In this document: in pieces, positions 29,955 through 40,615 of the stretch
Layout of the letters: every line of letters begins with the position of its first letter
Numbering within the stretch: the stretch's first letter is position 1
Origin: a virus
Taxonomy: Duplodnaviria; Caudoviricetes
Virus record (IMG/VR): IMGVR_UViG_3300042013_000103
Strand: one strand, 5' to 3'
DNA: 64,000 nucleotides
Position numbers and translations under genes: made by a program
Notes under the pieces: generated by a model
Told to the model about the DNA's origin: nothing
The model's database searches: none
Seen by the model: only the letters and a program-made list of their open reading frames with translations

Positions 29955-31622
29955 ATGTTCCCAGTCGGTCAAACTTTTACCAACAGCAACTTCCGGGACC
30001 CCAACCGGGGTTTCCGGATCTGGGGGCGCGGCGAAATCGTTTCGGTCCCCGGCCAAGTCGACAAATACTGGCCCAACAAAGACGACCTGGTGTTCGACCC
30101 GTTGAACGGGTTTGAGATCGTGGTCGCGGTGGACCAAACCACAGGGATGTCGGACCTCATTCCGTGGTACCCACCGACGGAACCGACCGGTGACGCCAAC
30201 GACATGCTGGTGGCCGTTGGCCCAGGCTACCCGTCGGAATCGTTCCGGATGTTCTTGGACACGTCCACCACGCCGTTCACCTTGACCCCGGATGACCGCC
30301 TGCACGCGTACAGTTCGTTGGCGGACTATTACTTGGTGTTCTTGGGTTCGGACATTTCGGACGCCACGGGCAAAGTGATCTCGGCGTACTACGACGGGTC
30401 CCTGACTTACCTTGGCCCGGAAGTGCCGTTTGAATCCGTGCCGGTCGAAGGCCCGGTGCAAACGGTGATCAAAGCGCACCTGCCGGCCTTTACCTCGGAA
30501 CGCTTGGCAGACAACGAGCTTGTGACCATCGTGCACTACAACGCACAGAGTGGTCCCACGTCCAAGGCCCAGCTGCTGATCATGAACTCCGCGGCCATCC
30601 GTCGCTCGGACACGTCGAAGAAATACGTGAAGTCGATCAAGATCGATTCCCCGTACATCAACTCGGCGGAACCGCGCGTGATTGAGTTCCCGTTGAACGT
30701 GACCGTGGAATCGCTGCCAATGACCTTGGTGGTGACCTACCGTGACGGCAAAACGAACCGGATGAACATGGACAACACCGTGGCGTTCTTGCACGGGTTG
30801 AACAACTACATCGCCACGGAAGTCGGTCAAGAGTTTGCCCTCGAAGCCGCCTACCAACTCGCCGAAGACGAAATCGCTTACGGGCTCACCCCTACGGCGA
30901 ACCGTCGGATTGTCGAGTCGTACATTGCCCGCACGGGCCCAGTGGACGGGGCGTACGAATGTCGTTTGTTCGTGTACCCAGTGTGGGTGTCGGACCTGAT
31001 CGGTTACCGGTTGGAATTCTGGCTGTACAACATGGACCGTTCGACGTTCTACAACGTGACGTCGAAAATGGTCTTGGGCCAAACGTCCCGGCCGTTCGAC
31101 CCTGTGTCCTACGGCACCTTGCAGTCCCTGACCTACAGCGTGAACCTCAACGCCGTGGACGGGCGCTTCCTGCCGTTCCAATTCGTCAGCAAGTTCCAGA
31201 TTGCGTTGCTGCAACCGGGTTCCAACCGCACAGCGAACTGGGAAGTCTTCTCGCGTCCAGACCAAGCTTCGGCGTACGGTCGGGATTTGAAAGGCGACAT
31301 GGAGTACCTGAACGCCAACCTGTGGAACCTGCGCTTGGCCAACGGGGCACAAACCAAAGAAGACTGGCTGCGGAAGATGTACTACGGGGCCGAGCCTTTG
31401 GTCAACCCAGAGCTCGAAGTCACGGCGCCGATCCCGACGCACTTCCGTGTGGTGCTGCTGCATAACACCTACGAGTTCTCGGTCAATCAGTGGAACGAAG
31501 TGTTGAAAGTGAACGAGGCCGTGGCCGATGGGGAACTGGTGTACCTCCAGTGGATCCAGCGCACGGCATTGAACGATTTGCAGTTGGCAATGACTGCAGT
31601 TCCTTCGCTGCAACGCGTGTAA
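29955..31622 (+). CDS. virion structural protein (phiKZ gp26-like)
   Basis: 555 aa, directly upstream of terminase; synteny. Confidence 0.7.
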   Translation: MFPVGQTFTNSNFRDPNRGFRIWGRGEIVSVPGQVDKYWPNKDDLVFDPLNGFEIVVAVDQTTGMSDLIPWYPPTEPTGDANDMLVAVGPGYPSESFRMFLDTSTTPFTLTPDDRLHAYSSLADYYLVFLGSDISDATGKVISAYYDGSLTYLGPEVPFESVPVEGPVQTVIKAHLPAFTSERLADNELVTIVHYNAQSGPTSKAQLLIMNSAAIRRSDTSKKYVKSIKIDSPYINSAEPRVIEFPLNVTVESLPMTLVVTYRDGKTNRMNMDNTVAFLHGLNNYIATEVGQEFALEAAYQLAEDEIAYGLTPTANRRIVESYIARTGPVDGAYECRLFVYPVWVSDLIGYRLEFWLYNMDRSTFYNVTSKMVLGQTSRPFDPVSYGTLQSLTYSVNLNAVDGRFLPFQFVSKFQIALLQPGSNRTANWEVFSRPDQASAYGRDLKGDMEYLNANLWNLRLANGAQTKEDWLRKMYYGAEPLVNPELEVTAPIPTHFRVVLLHNTYEFSVNQWNEVLKVNEAVADGELVYLQWIQRTALNDLQLAMTAVPSLQRV

Positions 31623-31630
31623 CGCACGAC

Positions 31631-31660
31631 GCCCCTGCCTTCGGGTAGGGGCTTTATGCC
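31631..31660 (+). terminator. intrinsic terminator
   Basis: GCCCCTGCC-TTCG-GGTAGGGGC-TTTATG. Confidence 0.75.
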
Positions 31661-31716
31661 ATCTCAGGGGAGCAATGCTATAGACCTTATTCGAACGCAT
31701 AGAGCGGAATACCTAT

Positions 31717-33921
31717 ATGCAATTACCTCCTTACAGCAAGAAGGGCATGTTGCCTGTCCTGTTCCAATCCGATTATGACCTGTACCCGACGGCCATTTGG
31801 GATTGGAAAACCACCAACAAATCGTTTCTGAAACTGGTGGATTTGTACGAGAATGAAATGGGGATCAAGAACTCCCGGTTCATTCTGACGTTGCTCCAGC
31901 CGGAACTGCAGGGCGTGGACCCTTACGCCGAAGACCTGACCAAGCACCAGAAATGGATGATTGCGATGGAGTGCAAGTTCAACCCGTGGTACGTGTTCCG
32001 GGAAGTCATCCGGATTCCGGCTACTTCCGGTTCGGTGCCGATTCGTTTCAAGGCCAACCGTGGCAACATCGCGTTGTTTTGGAGTTTCTTTAACCACGTG
32101 GACTTTGCCTTGCTCCAGCCGCGTCAGACCGGTAAGTCGGTGTCGACGGACTGTTTGAACACTGGCATCATGTTCATCTGGGGCGAGAAGACCACGATCA
32201 ACCTGATCACCAAAGACTCCAAACTGCGCGAAGCCAACATTGAACGCCTGAAAGACATGCGGGATCTGTTGCCCCCGTACATCTTCGAAACCACCCGCAA
32301 CGACGCCGACACCAAAGACCTGTTGACCGCAGTGATCCACGGCAACAAGTACAAGACCGCTGTGGGTCGTTCGGACAAACGTGCCGCGGATAAACTCGGT
32401 CGTGGTTTGACCGTACCCATCATGCACTTCGACGAATTGGCGTACATCGAGAACATTGAAGCATCTCTCGGTGTGGCCCTGGCATCCGGTTCGGCAGCAC
32501 GCGGTCAAGCGGCGGAGCAAGGTCAACCGTACGGCAACGTGTACACCACAACAGCGGGCGACATCACCACCCGTGACGGCGGTTACGCTCACGAGTTCAT
32601 GACCTCCGGTGCGGTGTGGACCGAGTCGTGGTTTGACCTGAGGGATAACGCGCAACTGGTTAAAGTCGTGGACAAAGAGAAGGTTGGGAAGAAGCGCCTG
32701 ATCTACGGAGCGTTCAACCACCGGCAACTGGGCAAAACCGACGCATGGCTCTACAAAGAACTGGCGGACTCCAACCAGCGGGGCGAATTGGCCGACCGTG
32801 ACTTCTTCAACATCTGGACCTTGGGCGGTGAAGGTTCCCCGTTGAACTTCGAGGACAAGAAACTGCTGCGCGGGTCCCTGCGCGAACCGGCGTTCACCGA
32901 GATCACCCCCGACGGGTACACTGTGCGTTGGTACATCCCACGGCACCAGGTGGAAGCCCGGATGCAGACGGGTCGGTTTGTCATGGGCATCGACCCTTCG
33001 GAACTGTTGGGCCAAGACAACGACGCCACCGGCATGGTGATGATCGACGTCGAGACGCACGAAATCGTGGCTTCTGGGCGGTACAACGAAACGCTGATCC
33101 CCATGCTGGCTAACTTCATGGGTAGCATGCTGATCAAGTACCCGAACATCCTGTTTGTCCCAGAACGCAAGTCGACGGGGAGTTCGATCATCGACATGAT
33201 TGTGATCATGCTGGCGAAAGTGGGCATCGATCCATTCAAACGCATCTTTAACCGGATCGTGGATGAATCCGGTATCCTCAAGACCGAGTTCGCGGAAATC
33301 CACACGCCGATGGCCCACCGTCCACCGGACTTCTACGACCGCTTCAAACGTCACTTCGGGTTCAACACCTCGGGCAGTGGTCGTTACAGCCGGAACGCGT
33401 TGTACTTGGAAGCGTTGCCGTCTTCGATGATCTACGGTGCCCGTCGCATGCACGACACCACACTGGTGAACGAGTTGTTGGGCTTGACCATCCGCAATGG
33501 CCGGATCGACCACAAACGCGGCAACCACGATGACATGGTGGTGTCGATGCTGTTGGCGCACTGGGTGCTGATCCGTGGCGAGAACCTCGGGTACTACGGC
33601 ATTAACGTGTCGGTGTTCTCCAAGGCGAAAACGCAGGACCATGAGCCGACTAACATCGAACGCTACAAAACCGAGAAGATGGACCGGGAGAAAGCGGAGT
33701 TTGAAGAACTGATGGAGCAGCTGAAGAAAGAAGGTAACCAACTGGTGGCCATGAAGCTGGAATTGCGCCTGCGTGCACTCTCTCGCCGTGTGAACGTTGA
33801 AGAGACCGTAGGGGTGGGCATTGACGCCATGTTGAAACAAGCCCGGGACGAACGGACACGTCGGGTGCGGACTGCACGGTTCGGCAGCAACAGCGGCCAA
33901 CCACAGCGTTTCGCGGCATAA
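31717..33921 (+). CDS. terL: terminase large subunit (phiKZ gp25-like)
   Basis: Walker A PRQTGKS, Walker B MHFDE, nuclease motifs GIDPSE and HDDMVVS. Confidence 0.92.
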   Translation: MQLPPYSKKGMLPVLFQSDYDLYPTAIWDWKTTNKSFLKLVDLYENEMGIKNSRFILTLLQPELQGVDPYAEDLTKHQKWMIAMECKFNPWYVFREVIRIPATSGSVPIRFKANRGNIALFWSFFNHVDFALLQPRQTGKSVSTDCLNTGIMFIWGEKTTINLITKDSKLREANIERLKDMRDLLPPYIFETTRNDADTKDLLTAVIHGNKYKTAVGRSDKRAADKLGRGLTVPIMHFDELAYIENIEASLGVALASGSAARGQAAEQGQPYGNVYTTTAGDITTRDGGYAHEFMTSGAVWTESWFDLRDNAQLVKVVDKEKVGKKRLIYGAFNHRQLGKTDAWLYKELADSNQRGELADRDFFNIWTLGGEGSPLNFEDKKLLRGSLREPAFTEITPDGYTVRWYIPRHQVEARMQTGRFVMGIDPSELLGQDNDATGMVMIDVETHEIVASGRYNETLIPMLANFMGSMLIKYPNILFVPERKSTGSSIIDMIVIMLAKVGIDPFKRIFNRIVDESGILKTEFAEIHTPMAHRPPDFYDRFKRHFGFNTSGSGRYSRNALYLEALPSSMIYGARRMHDTTLVNELLGLTIRNGRIDHKRGNHDDMVVSMLLAHWVLIRGENLGYYGINVSVFSKAKTQDHEPTNIERYKTEKMDREKAEFEELMEQLKKEGNQLVAMKLELRLRALSRRVNVEETVGVGIDAMLKQARDERTRRVRTARFGSNSGQPQRFAA

Positions 33922-33925
33922 TAGC

Positions 33926-33964
33926 AAAATCAGCCTTCTCCCGCAAAGGAGAAGGCTTTATTTC
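33926..33964. terminator. bidirectional terminator
   Basis: AGCCTTCTCC-cgcaaa-GGAGAAGGCT-TTATTT between convergent genes. Confidence 0.75.
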
Positions 33965-33965
33965 G

Positions 33966-34442
33966 TCACGCGGCCTCGGCTTCGAACTGCACCTTCAATG
34001 GACTGACGGCAGAACGGCCTGGGCGACGCACGATGCGGTACGCGTCCACACCGGCCTGGATGGTCACCCGACGCCACGGCTTCACTTCCAACACGCGCAT
34101 GGCCTCGTACAGGATCCGATCCACTTCGGCGCGGTCGATGTCCACCCGGGTTTCCACGCCGTTAATGCGGTGGATGATGTACATGTTCTCGCACAACCAA
34201 TCGTGCAACGTCGTCGCTTGACCGTACTCGCCCCAGGCAGGGATCAGCCAGGTGAACAAGAAGGGCACGGAAGCCCCGTCGGTGAGGAACCCTTTAGGGA
34301 TGTCCACCCATTTGTCCGAGTCAAACGACCCGATGTAGTACCGGAAGGCTTTCACCCGCCAGTAGTCTTTGTGCAGTGCGAGCGAAGCTTCTCGGTCGTA
34401 CGTGGTGTCCAGCGAACCGGTAAAGCGTGTAAACGTACTCAT
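33966..34442 (-). CDS. DUF1353-like protein (start MSTFTR)
   Basis: VDIPKGFLTDGASVP...ATTLHDWLC...ADRILYEAM motif set. Confidence 0.8.
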   Translation of the reverse strand: MSTFTRFTGSLDTTYDREASLALHKDYWRVKAFRYYIGSFDSDKWVDIPKGFLTDGASVPFLFTWLIPAWGEYGQATTLHDWLCENMYIIHRINGVETRVDIDRAEVDRILYEAMRVLEVKPWRRVTIQAGVDAYRIVRRPGRSAVSPLKVQFEAEAA

Positions 34443-34518
34443 GGTGTTACTCCATTCCCCGTAACAAAGTGTTACAAAAAATAAAGGCATAAAGCCCCAC
34501 CCGAAGGTGAGGCCCTAT

Positions 34519-35100
34519 TTATTCGGTTCCACCAAAGCAACGGGACGCAATCCAGTTCAGGCTGTAACGGGCCAGGTTGGGATGTGTCGGGGCAGTGACC
34601 CCGTTATAGAGTTGCCGATCCCGGGCCTTCAGGGGGATGCACGTGAGGTCACAGGTCTGCACGTGGGCCATGAACAACATAAGGTCAGCTTGGGCCTCGA
34701 CGGGCAACTCGTGCTGGGACAAGTAGGCCACGTTCTTTAAGCCTGTCTGCAGCGGCTCAGCGATGTAGTCAATGGTTCGCCAAGTCGCGGTCCGTCGTTG
34801 GTAATGGTAACTCCCCGTGGGCATGCAACACCCGCTGTCCTGTTCCAACAAGTCCAACAACTTGGTCAACATGGCACCCCCTAAGGAATCGGTGCGGGTG
34901 ACCTGTTCCTTGGTGTCCACCAGGTTCACCGACACCCGCACCATGTAAGCGCGGTAGTCCATCTGGACGGCGATCGATGCAATCCGGCCGGGGTAACACT
35001 CGTCCTCGTCCAGGAAGCTGTTGTCCTGGTCCAAGATTTGAATCAGTTTTTCGTGAAACGCATCAAGGTCCAGGTGACCTTCGGGCAAAGAACGAAACAT
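34519..35100 (-). CDS. hypothetical protein
   Basis: 193-aa ORF. Confidence 0.7.
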   Translation of the reverse strand: MFRSLPEGHLDLDAFHEKLIQILDQDNSFLDEDECYPGRIASIAVQMDYRAYMVRVSVNLVDTKEQVTRTDSLGGAMLTKLLDLLEQDSGCCMPTGSYHYQRRTATWRTIDYIAEPLQTGLKNVAYLSQHELPVEAQADLMLFMAHVQTCDLTCIPLKARDRQLYNGVTAPTHPNLARYSLNWIASRCFGGTE

Positions 35101-35114
35101 ATAACTACCCCTTG

Positions 35115-35456
35115 TTACGGCAGGATGATTTCAATACGGGTAAGTCCCCGTCCGGCTTCGAACGTGAGCTCACGGAAGTTCTTCGGCAGCACCTGCTCGA
35201 ACAAGTCACCCAAGGTGGCCAACATGTGGGTCTCCATGTCGACACTAAGGTCGTCGATCGCCCTTTCCGTTAAGGGGACGGTTACCTCAAACTCGGTGTG
35301 GTACACCGTAAGGAGCTTTACCACAAAGGAATCCTGGCGCAGAAACTTAACGGTAATGCCCTTGTACTCGCATTCGTCCATCTCGAACTTAGCGAAGTCC
35401 CTCGGGTTGTAGCGGCGCAGCACGTCCAGGACTTGGACTGTAAAAATGGTACCCAT
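35115..35456 (-). CDS. hypothetical protein
   Basis: 113-aa ORF. Confidence 0.7.
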   Translation of the reverse strand: MGTIFTVQVLDVLRRYNPRDFAKFEMDECEYKGITVKFLRQDSFVVKLLTVYHTEFEVTVPLTERAIDDLSVDMETHMLATLGDLFEQVLPKNFRELTFEAGRGLTRIEIILP

Positions 35457-35458
35457 GC

Positions 35459-35950
35459 TCAGGTTCGCCTTGTGTAGTGTTCGAAATTAAACGTGATCGG
35501 GAACTGGCCTTGGGTGGGGGATTGCGAGGCTAAGGCCCAAACCGCCGGGTCGACGACTTCGTCAAAGAACGCATCGCCGTCGTCCACGTCAAAATTAACC
35601 CGGGTGATGTACATGTCACTCACCAACTCACGGGCTTCTTTATACAGCCGTTCGCCACCGATGACGAAGAGCTTCTCGTGCAGCAGGTCTTCGGCCAGGT
35701 TTTTGGCCTGCTCCAAACTCGTGGCGTGGATCACCCCCGCGACTCCCGGGTCTTGACCGCATACCACGAAGTTAGTGCGGTTGGGAAGGGCTCTGCCGAT
35801 CGATTCCAGCGTCTTCCGTCCTTCCACCACCGCGTGGCCTGTGGTCAATGCACGGAAGTACCTCAGGTCTTCTGAGAGCTTCCACGGGATGTCGCCGGCT
35901 TTACCGATAACACCGTTGTTGCTAACTGCTACGATCAGGCAGAGTTTCAT
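35459..35950 (-). CDS. folA: dihydrofolate reductase
   Basis: LIVAVSNNGVIG..GDIPWKLSEDLRYFR..T.GHAVVEGRKT.ESIGRALPNRTN, VIGGE.LY, GDAFF. Confidence 0.95.
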   Translation of the reverse strand: MKLCLIVAVSNNGVIGKAGDIPWKLSEDLRYFRALTTGHAVVEGRKTLESIGRALPNRTNFVVCGQDPGVAGVIHATSLEQAKNLAEDLLHEKLFVIGGERLYKEARELVSDMYITRVNFDVDDGDAFFDEVVDPAVWALASQSPTQGQFPITFNFEHYTRRT

Positions 35951-35953
35951 GGG

Positions 35954-36499
35954 TTAGTCCTGTGAGCGGAATTTAATGGCACCCCGATCGAACACAAATT
36001 CGAAGTCGGTGTTGTAGTTGTGGCGAGCGCCGAGCAGCTGGTCGCTTTGGTTGACAATCACACCCAGCAGGGCCACCCCGGCAAACGCACCTATGTTCGG
36101 GACGTGGTACTCGAACACCACTTCTTTCCCGGTGGTGCTGTTCTCACGGAGATCCGCTAAAGGCGCACTCAACCCCGTGAGTTTGATGAACTGGCCCATG
36201 GCCGAGTAATGGATCTTGTACACCGCCACCCCGCGACCTTGGTCTTGCAATGCGATCAGGTCTTGTAGCTGGTACTGGTACGCCACGAACTGCAGCGGCG
36301 AGATGTTCAGCTGCGTCGGGTGGGTACCGCCCATGATCGCCCCGAAGTTCATCAACTGCTGCACCGTGAGCGTGTGCTGAATACCGGCTTGCCCTTCAAC
36401 CCGCACGTAGTTACGCACGGCAACACTGCCATCGGGTTCGTTGTTGATCATCGAGAGCACGATGTCGTCGAAGATGTTCTGGGTTTCTTGGATGCTCAT
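35954..36499 (-). CDS. conserved hypothetical protein
   Basis: 181-aa ORF with strong codon bias. Confidence 0.7.
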   Translation of the reverse strand: MSIQETQNIFDDIVLSMINNEPDGSVAVRNYVRVEGQAGIQHTLTVQQLMNFGAIMGGTHPTQLNISPLQFVAYQYQLQDLIALQDQGRGVAVYKIHYSAMGQFIKLTGLSAPLADLRENSTTGKEVVFEYHVPNIGAFAGVALLGVIVNQSDQLLGARHNYNTDFEFVFDRGAIKFRSQD

Positions 36500-36837
36500 T
36501 GGGTAGCCTTTACGAGTTGAAATTGTTTTTCGAAGCTTTTCTTTTCATGGCGGCGGTACGCCACGATTTTGCCTTGTTGGTCACGCACTGTGACAATGTA
36601 GTCACCAGGGCACACGCGCTCAGTGCCGCACAGCTGATCATTAGGCAAAGGCACCAGCCGACCATGGTCATGACCAGCCTGATTGCACTTGACACAGAGT
36701 GTTGGAACTTTCCAGCTGCCATAGCGCACCACCTGACCTTCTTGACTGGGATTGCTCACTTGGTCCATGGGGTGATCCCCGTTCTTAAACCACACGTGAG
36801 CCTCTAAGGTATCTGGGATGCGTGTATAAAGAGGCAT
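36496..36837 (-). CDS. phage protein of the WFKNGDHP...CPGDY type
   Basis: EAHVWFKNGDHP, CxxC, HG, VCPGDYIV motifs. Confidence 0.65.
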   Translation of the reverse strand: MPLYTRIPDTLEAHVWFKNGDHPMDQVSNPSQEGQVVRYGSWKVPTLCVKCNQAGHDHGRLVPLPNDQLCGTERVCPGDYIVTVRDQQGKIVAYRRHEKKSFEKQFQLVKATQ

Positions 36838-37103
36838 TGCCTGACTCCGGGGAAAGATAGGTTAAGTATACTCTTAGGCTTACGAGTACTTTTACCGCGA
36901 AGGGCTCTACAATGCGTTTTGAGCGGTTTCGCTACGTACCCCCTAACGTGATGTATGGAGTCAAAAATAGTCGCTTAAAACGCCTCAAGTTAGCTCGAAA
37001 AAGTAAGCACTAAAAGGATGTGTATCGTATGCGAGAGACAAATTACTGAACTGAATCTAAGTATGTTTATTCACCTCCAACACACCTTAATGGGCACAGA
37101 CCA

Positions 37104-39386
37104 ATGATCAAAGTTATTGTTAAACTCGACGGAACGGAAGAAGCGTTCTCCCCTCACAAGATCAATGGCTGGGGCGAATGGGCAGCCAAAGAACTGGGTG
37201 ATCGTGTTGACTGGTCCGCGGTGGTAATGGATGCGGTGGCGTCGTTGCCATCGAAGTGCACATCTCAAGAACTGCAACAAGCGCTGATTGATCAGTGCCT
37301 CGACCGCAAAACCTGGTCGTATTACCTGATGGCCGGTCGTCTCTACGCGGTGTTGCTGCGTAAGAAGCACTACGGTACCGCGGGTATCCCGACCGTGAAA
37401 GCGTTGCACACCAAAATGCGTAAGGCCGGTGTGATCGTGAAGATGGACTACTCGACACAAGAATACAAACAAATCGAGAAGTTGATCAACCACGACCTCG
37501 ACCTGAATTGCCCGCATTTCTCGCTACACCACACGCGTCGCAAGTACGCGCTGCAGAACCGCGTCACCAAAGAAGAATTCGAAACCCAGCAATTCACTTA
37601 CATGCGCATGGCCATGGCGTTGGCTGAACACGAGCCCCGTGACGTTCGCATGGAACACCTGAAGAACTTCTACTGGCTGTTCTCCAACAAGAAACTGTCG
37701 GCCCCGACCCCGAACTATGTCAACCTGGGCACCGTGCTCAAAGGCTTCGCGTCGTGCTGCCTGTTCGCGACGGGTGACGAAGGCGTGTCATTGGCCATGG
37801 GCGACTACATTGCCAACATCATGACCCAGTCCGCGGCCGGCATCGGTGTGAACGTGATGTGCCGTTCGATCGGCGACGAAGTCCGTAAAGGTCTGATCAT
37901 TCACCAAGGCAAACTCCCGTACTACGCGGTGATGGGCAAGTCCGTCGGTGCCAACCTGCAGAACGGCCGGGGCGGTGCGTGCAACGTCTTCTATAATGCC
38001 TTCGACCCGGAAGCCAACATCATCTCCCAGCTGCGCAACCCACGCAGTCCTGAAGACCGTCGTAACCGTGACCTGCACTACACGCTGATCACCAACCAGT
38101 TCTTCGACCAGAAAGCGGCCAAGAACGAAGACGTGTTCACCTGGAACATTTACACCGCTCCGGAACTGCACGCGGCGTTCTATAGCAAAGACAACGAACT
38201 GTTCGCGGAACTGTACGCCAAGCGCGAAGCCGACCCAACGTTCAAGAAGAATTACATCTCGGCCCGTAAGCTGTTGCTGGTCGCGTTGAACGAAGCCTAC
38301 GAAACCGGTACCACCTACTGGTACAACGTGGACGAGTCCAACCGCCACACGCCGTTCCTGGACGCCATCCACAGCTCCAACCTGTGCGTGGAAATCCACG
38401 AAGCGACCATCCCGTATTTGAACATGATGGACCTGTACTCCACCGAAGACCATGGCCGTGGCGAAATCGCGACCTGTTCGTTGGCGGCCATCCCGGTGGA
38501 CAACATCGAGAACGATAAAGAGTACGCCCTGGCGTCGTACTACGCGTTGAAAATGATCGACTACTGCATCAACCACGCTGAATACGCTTTCCCGCACCTG
38601 GCGTTCACCGCCAAGCAACGGATGTCGGCGGCCGTGGGCATCATGGGCCTGGCCACCCACATGGCCCGTAACCAGTTCTCGTACTCTTCCCCGGAAGGCA
38701 AGCGCGAACTGCACTTCGTGGCAGAGCGCCATGCGTTCCACATGATCAGCGCGTCGCTGCGCATCGGTAAAGAACGCGGCAATGCGCCGTGGATGCACAA
38801 GACCAAATGGCCATCGGGCTGGTTGCCAATCGACACCTACAACCGTAACGTCGACACCATCCTGGAAGGCGGCTTTGAGCTGACCTACAAATGGGAACCG
38901 CTGCGTGCCGAGATTATCGCCAACGGCGGCATCGGTCACACGGTCACTTGCGCGCACATGCCAGGTGAGGCCTCCTCCAAGGCCCTGGGTGGCACGAACT
39001 CGTTGTACGGTGCTCGTCGTCTGGTCATCAACAAAACCGACGGCAACACGGTCGTACAGTGGGCTGCACCATTCGGCGACGACCCGGCATACAAGTACCA
39101 CTTGGCCTGGGACATCCCATCCGATGACATGATCGATTGCTACGCAGTCTTCCAGAAGTTCACGGACCAAGGGATCTCGGCGGACATGTTCCGTCGCATT
39201 GTCGGTGAAGAGAAGATCACCACCAATGAAATGTTGAAACAGCATTTCCGTATGAGGAAGATGGGTCTGAAGGGACGCTACTACCAGAATACCGAAACCA
39301 CCGACAACCTGTCGTTGGAAGCGTTGAGCTCAGCGTTTGAAAACGTAACCGAACAAATGTGCCCTAGCGGTGTGTGTTCCGTTTAA
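37104..39386 (+). CDS. nrdA: class Ia ribonucleotide reductase alpha subunit
   Basis: N-terminal ATP-cone-like segment, PTP, SCCL, SNLCVE active-site loop, YY motif, C-terminal CPSGVC. Confidence 0.95.
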   Translation: MIKVIVKLDGTEEAFSPHKINGWGEWAAKELGDRVDWSAVVMDAVASLPSKCTSQELQQALIDQCLDRKTWSYYLMAGRLYAVLLRKKHYGTAGIPTVKALHTKMRKAGVIVKMDYSTQEYKQIEKLINHDLDLNCPHFSLHHTRRKYALQNRVTKEEFETQQFTYMRMAMALAEHEPRDVRMEHLKNFYWLFSNKKLSAPTPNYVNLGTVLKGFASCCLFATGDEGVSLAMGDYIANIMTQSAAGIGVNVMCRSIGDEVRKGLIIHQGKLPYYAVMGKSVGANLQNGRGGACNVFYNAFDPEANIISQLRNPRSPEDRRNRDLHYTLITNQFFDQKAAKNEDVFTWNIYTAPELHAAFYSKDNELFAELYAKREADPTFKKNYISARKLLLVALNEAYETGTTYWYNVDESNRHTPFLDAIHSSNLCVEIHEATIPYLNMMDLYSTEDHGRGEIATCSLAAIPVDNIENDKEYALASYYALKMIDYCINHAEYAFPHLAFTAKQRMSAAVGIMGLATHMARNQFSYSSPEGKRELHFVAERHAFHMISASLRIGKERGNAPWMHKTKWPSGWLPIDTYNRNVDTILEGGFELTYKWEPLRAEIIANGGIGHTVTCAHMPGEASSKALGGTNSLYGARRLVINKTDGNTVVQWAAPFGDDPAYKYHLAWDIPSDDMIDCYAVFQKFTDQGISADMFRRIVGEEKITTNEMLKQHFRMRKMGLKGRYYQNTETTDNLSLEALSSAFENVTEQMCPSGVCSV

Positions 39387-39397
39387 AGCCTACAACT

Positions 39398-39426
39398 TGG
39401 GTGGTGTAACAGCCACCCATTTTATC
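39398..39426 (+). terminator. hairpin plus U-tract between nrdA and nrdB
   Basis: TGGGTGGT...GCCACCCA followed by TTTTAT. Confidence 0.5.
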
Positions 39427-39451
39427 CCTGATTTGTCAATTGGAACTCAGC

Positions 39452-40615
39452 ATGAACGCACCGTTTAAAGTAGACCAGCTCCCCACGAACATTTTCAACC
39501 TGCAGAAAAACGATTACGATGTCCCGGAAATCATCCTGGGGCAGCAACCCGGGTTGTTCGACTCGATCAACAACCACTTCCCGGCGCCGTGGAAGATTTA
39601 CAAACGCTTGCGCAAGCTGGACTGGGACGAACACGAAGTCGATTTTGGCCCGTGCAACGCCGAGTTCAAATCCTGCGATCCGGACATCCGCGACATCATG
39701 ATTGAAACGCTGGCCTGGCAATGGGAAGCGGACTCGATCGCCGCCCGTTCCATCGTGGGCATCTTGGCCCCGGTGATCACCGATTCCCGCATCTGGCAAG
39801 CGTACCTGCGCATCAACGAAAACGAAGGCGTGCACGCACTGACGTACTCCGAGATCGTTCGCGTGTCGTTCGATAACCCTGACGAAATCCGTGCGGCCGT
39901 CCTCGCCGTGGAAGAAGCTCAGTCACGCATGTCGGCCGTGGCGAATATCATGGCGACGGCGTACACCGCGTCCCACGAGTACGCGCTGGGCATCCGTCAG
40001 AACGACCAGTCCATGTACAACGACATCTTCATGTATTTCATCGCCCTCTACTTCTTGGAGCGCATTCAGTTCATGGCGTCGTTTGCCATCACCTTCGCCA
40101 TCGGTAAAGCCGGGAACTTCCAACCGATCTCCGACGTGGTGAAGAAGATTGCACAGGACGAATTCGAGATCCATTCGCAGTACGGCCAAGAGATCATCCG
40201 CATCCTGTTGCAATCGGAACGGGGCAAGCTGGCGTACATCCAGTGCAAACAGCGCATCCTCGGCCTGGCCAAAGAAATCCTGTGGACCGAAACCACCTGG
40301 GCCAAGTACATCTTCCGCAACAACCGTGAACTGGTTGGCGTGAACATTCCGAAGCTGGTCAACTGGGTGCAGTTCAACGGCCTGGCAGCGTTCACCTTCC
40401 TGGGCATTCAAGACGACGTCGTGTCGTTGTGCCAAGAAGACTATGAAAAGGAATTCAACCTGCCGCTGGCAATGCCAAAGGTCAACCCGATCCCGTTCCT
40501 GCAGGATTACCTCGACATCGCCGGTAGTCAGGCATCGCCACAAGAGCAATCGCAAACTGCTTATATGGTGAATTTGATGGACGCTGCAGGGGAGCAAGAA
40601 GTTTTCGATATGTAA
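39452..40615 (+). CDS. nrdB: class Ia ribonucleotide reductase beta subunit (last ~21 codons apparently replaced)
   Basis: W...E, EADS, ExxH..TY, ERIQF..SF, DEFEIH, PQE...Y motifs. Confidence 0.95.
   Translation: MNAPFKVDQLPTNIFNLQKNDYDVPEIILGQQPGLFDSINNHFPAPWKIYKRLRKLDWDEHEVDFGPCNAEFKSCDPDIRDIMIETLAWQWEADSIAARSIVGILAPVITDSRIWQAYLRINENEGVHALTYSEIVRVSFDNPDEIRAAVLAVEEAQSRMSAVANIMATAYTASHEYALGIRQNDQSMYNDIFMYFIALYFLERIQFMASFAITFAIGKAGNFQPISDVVKKIAQDEFEIHSQYGQEIIRILLQSERGKLAYIQCKQRILGLAKEILWTETTWAKYIFRNNRELVGVNIPKLVNWVQFNGLAAFTFLGIQDDVVSLCQEDYEKEFNLPLAMPKVNPIPFLQDYLDIAGSQASPQEQSQTAYMVNLMDAAGEQEVFDM

Noticed and set aside
31717-39386. Intein or group I intron in terminase or nrdA
   Set aside because: Both frames are continuous, of ordinary length, and lack splicing motifs.
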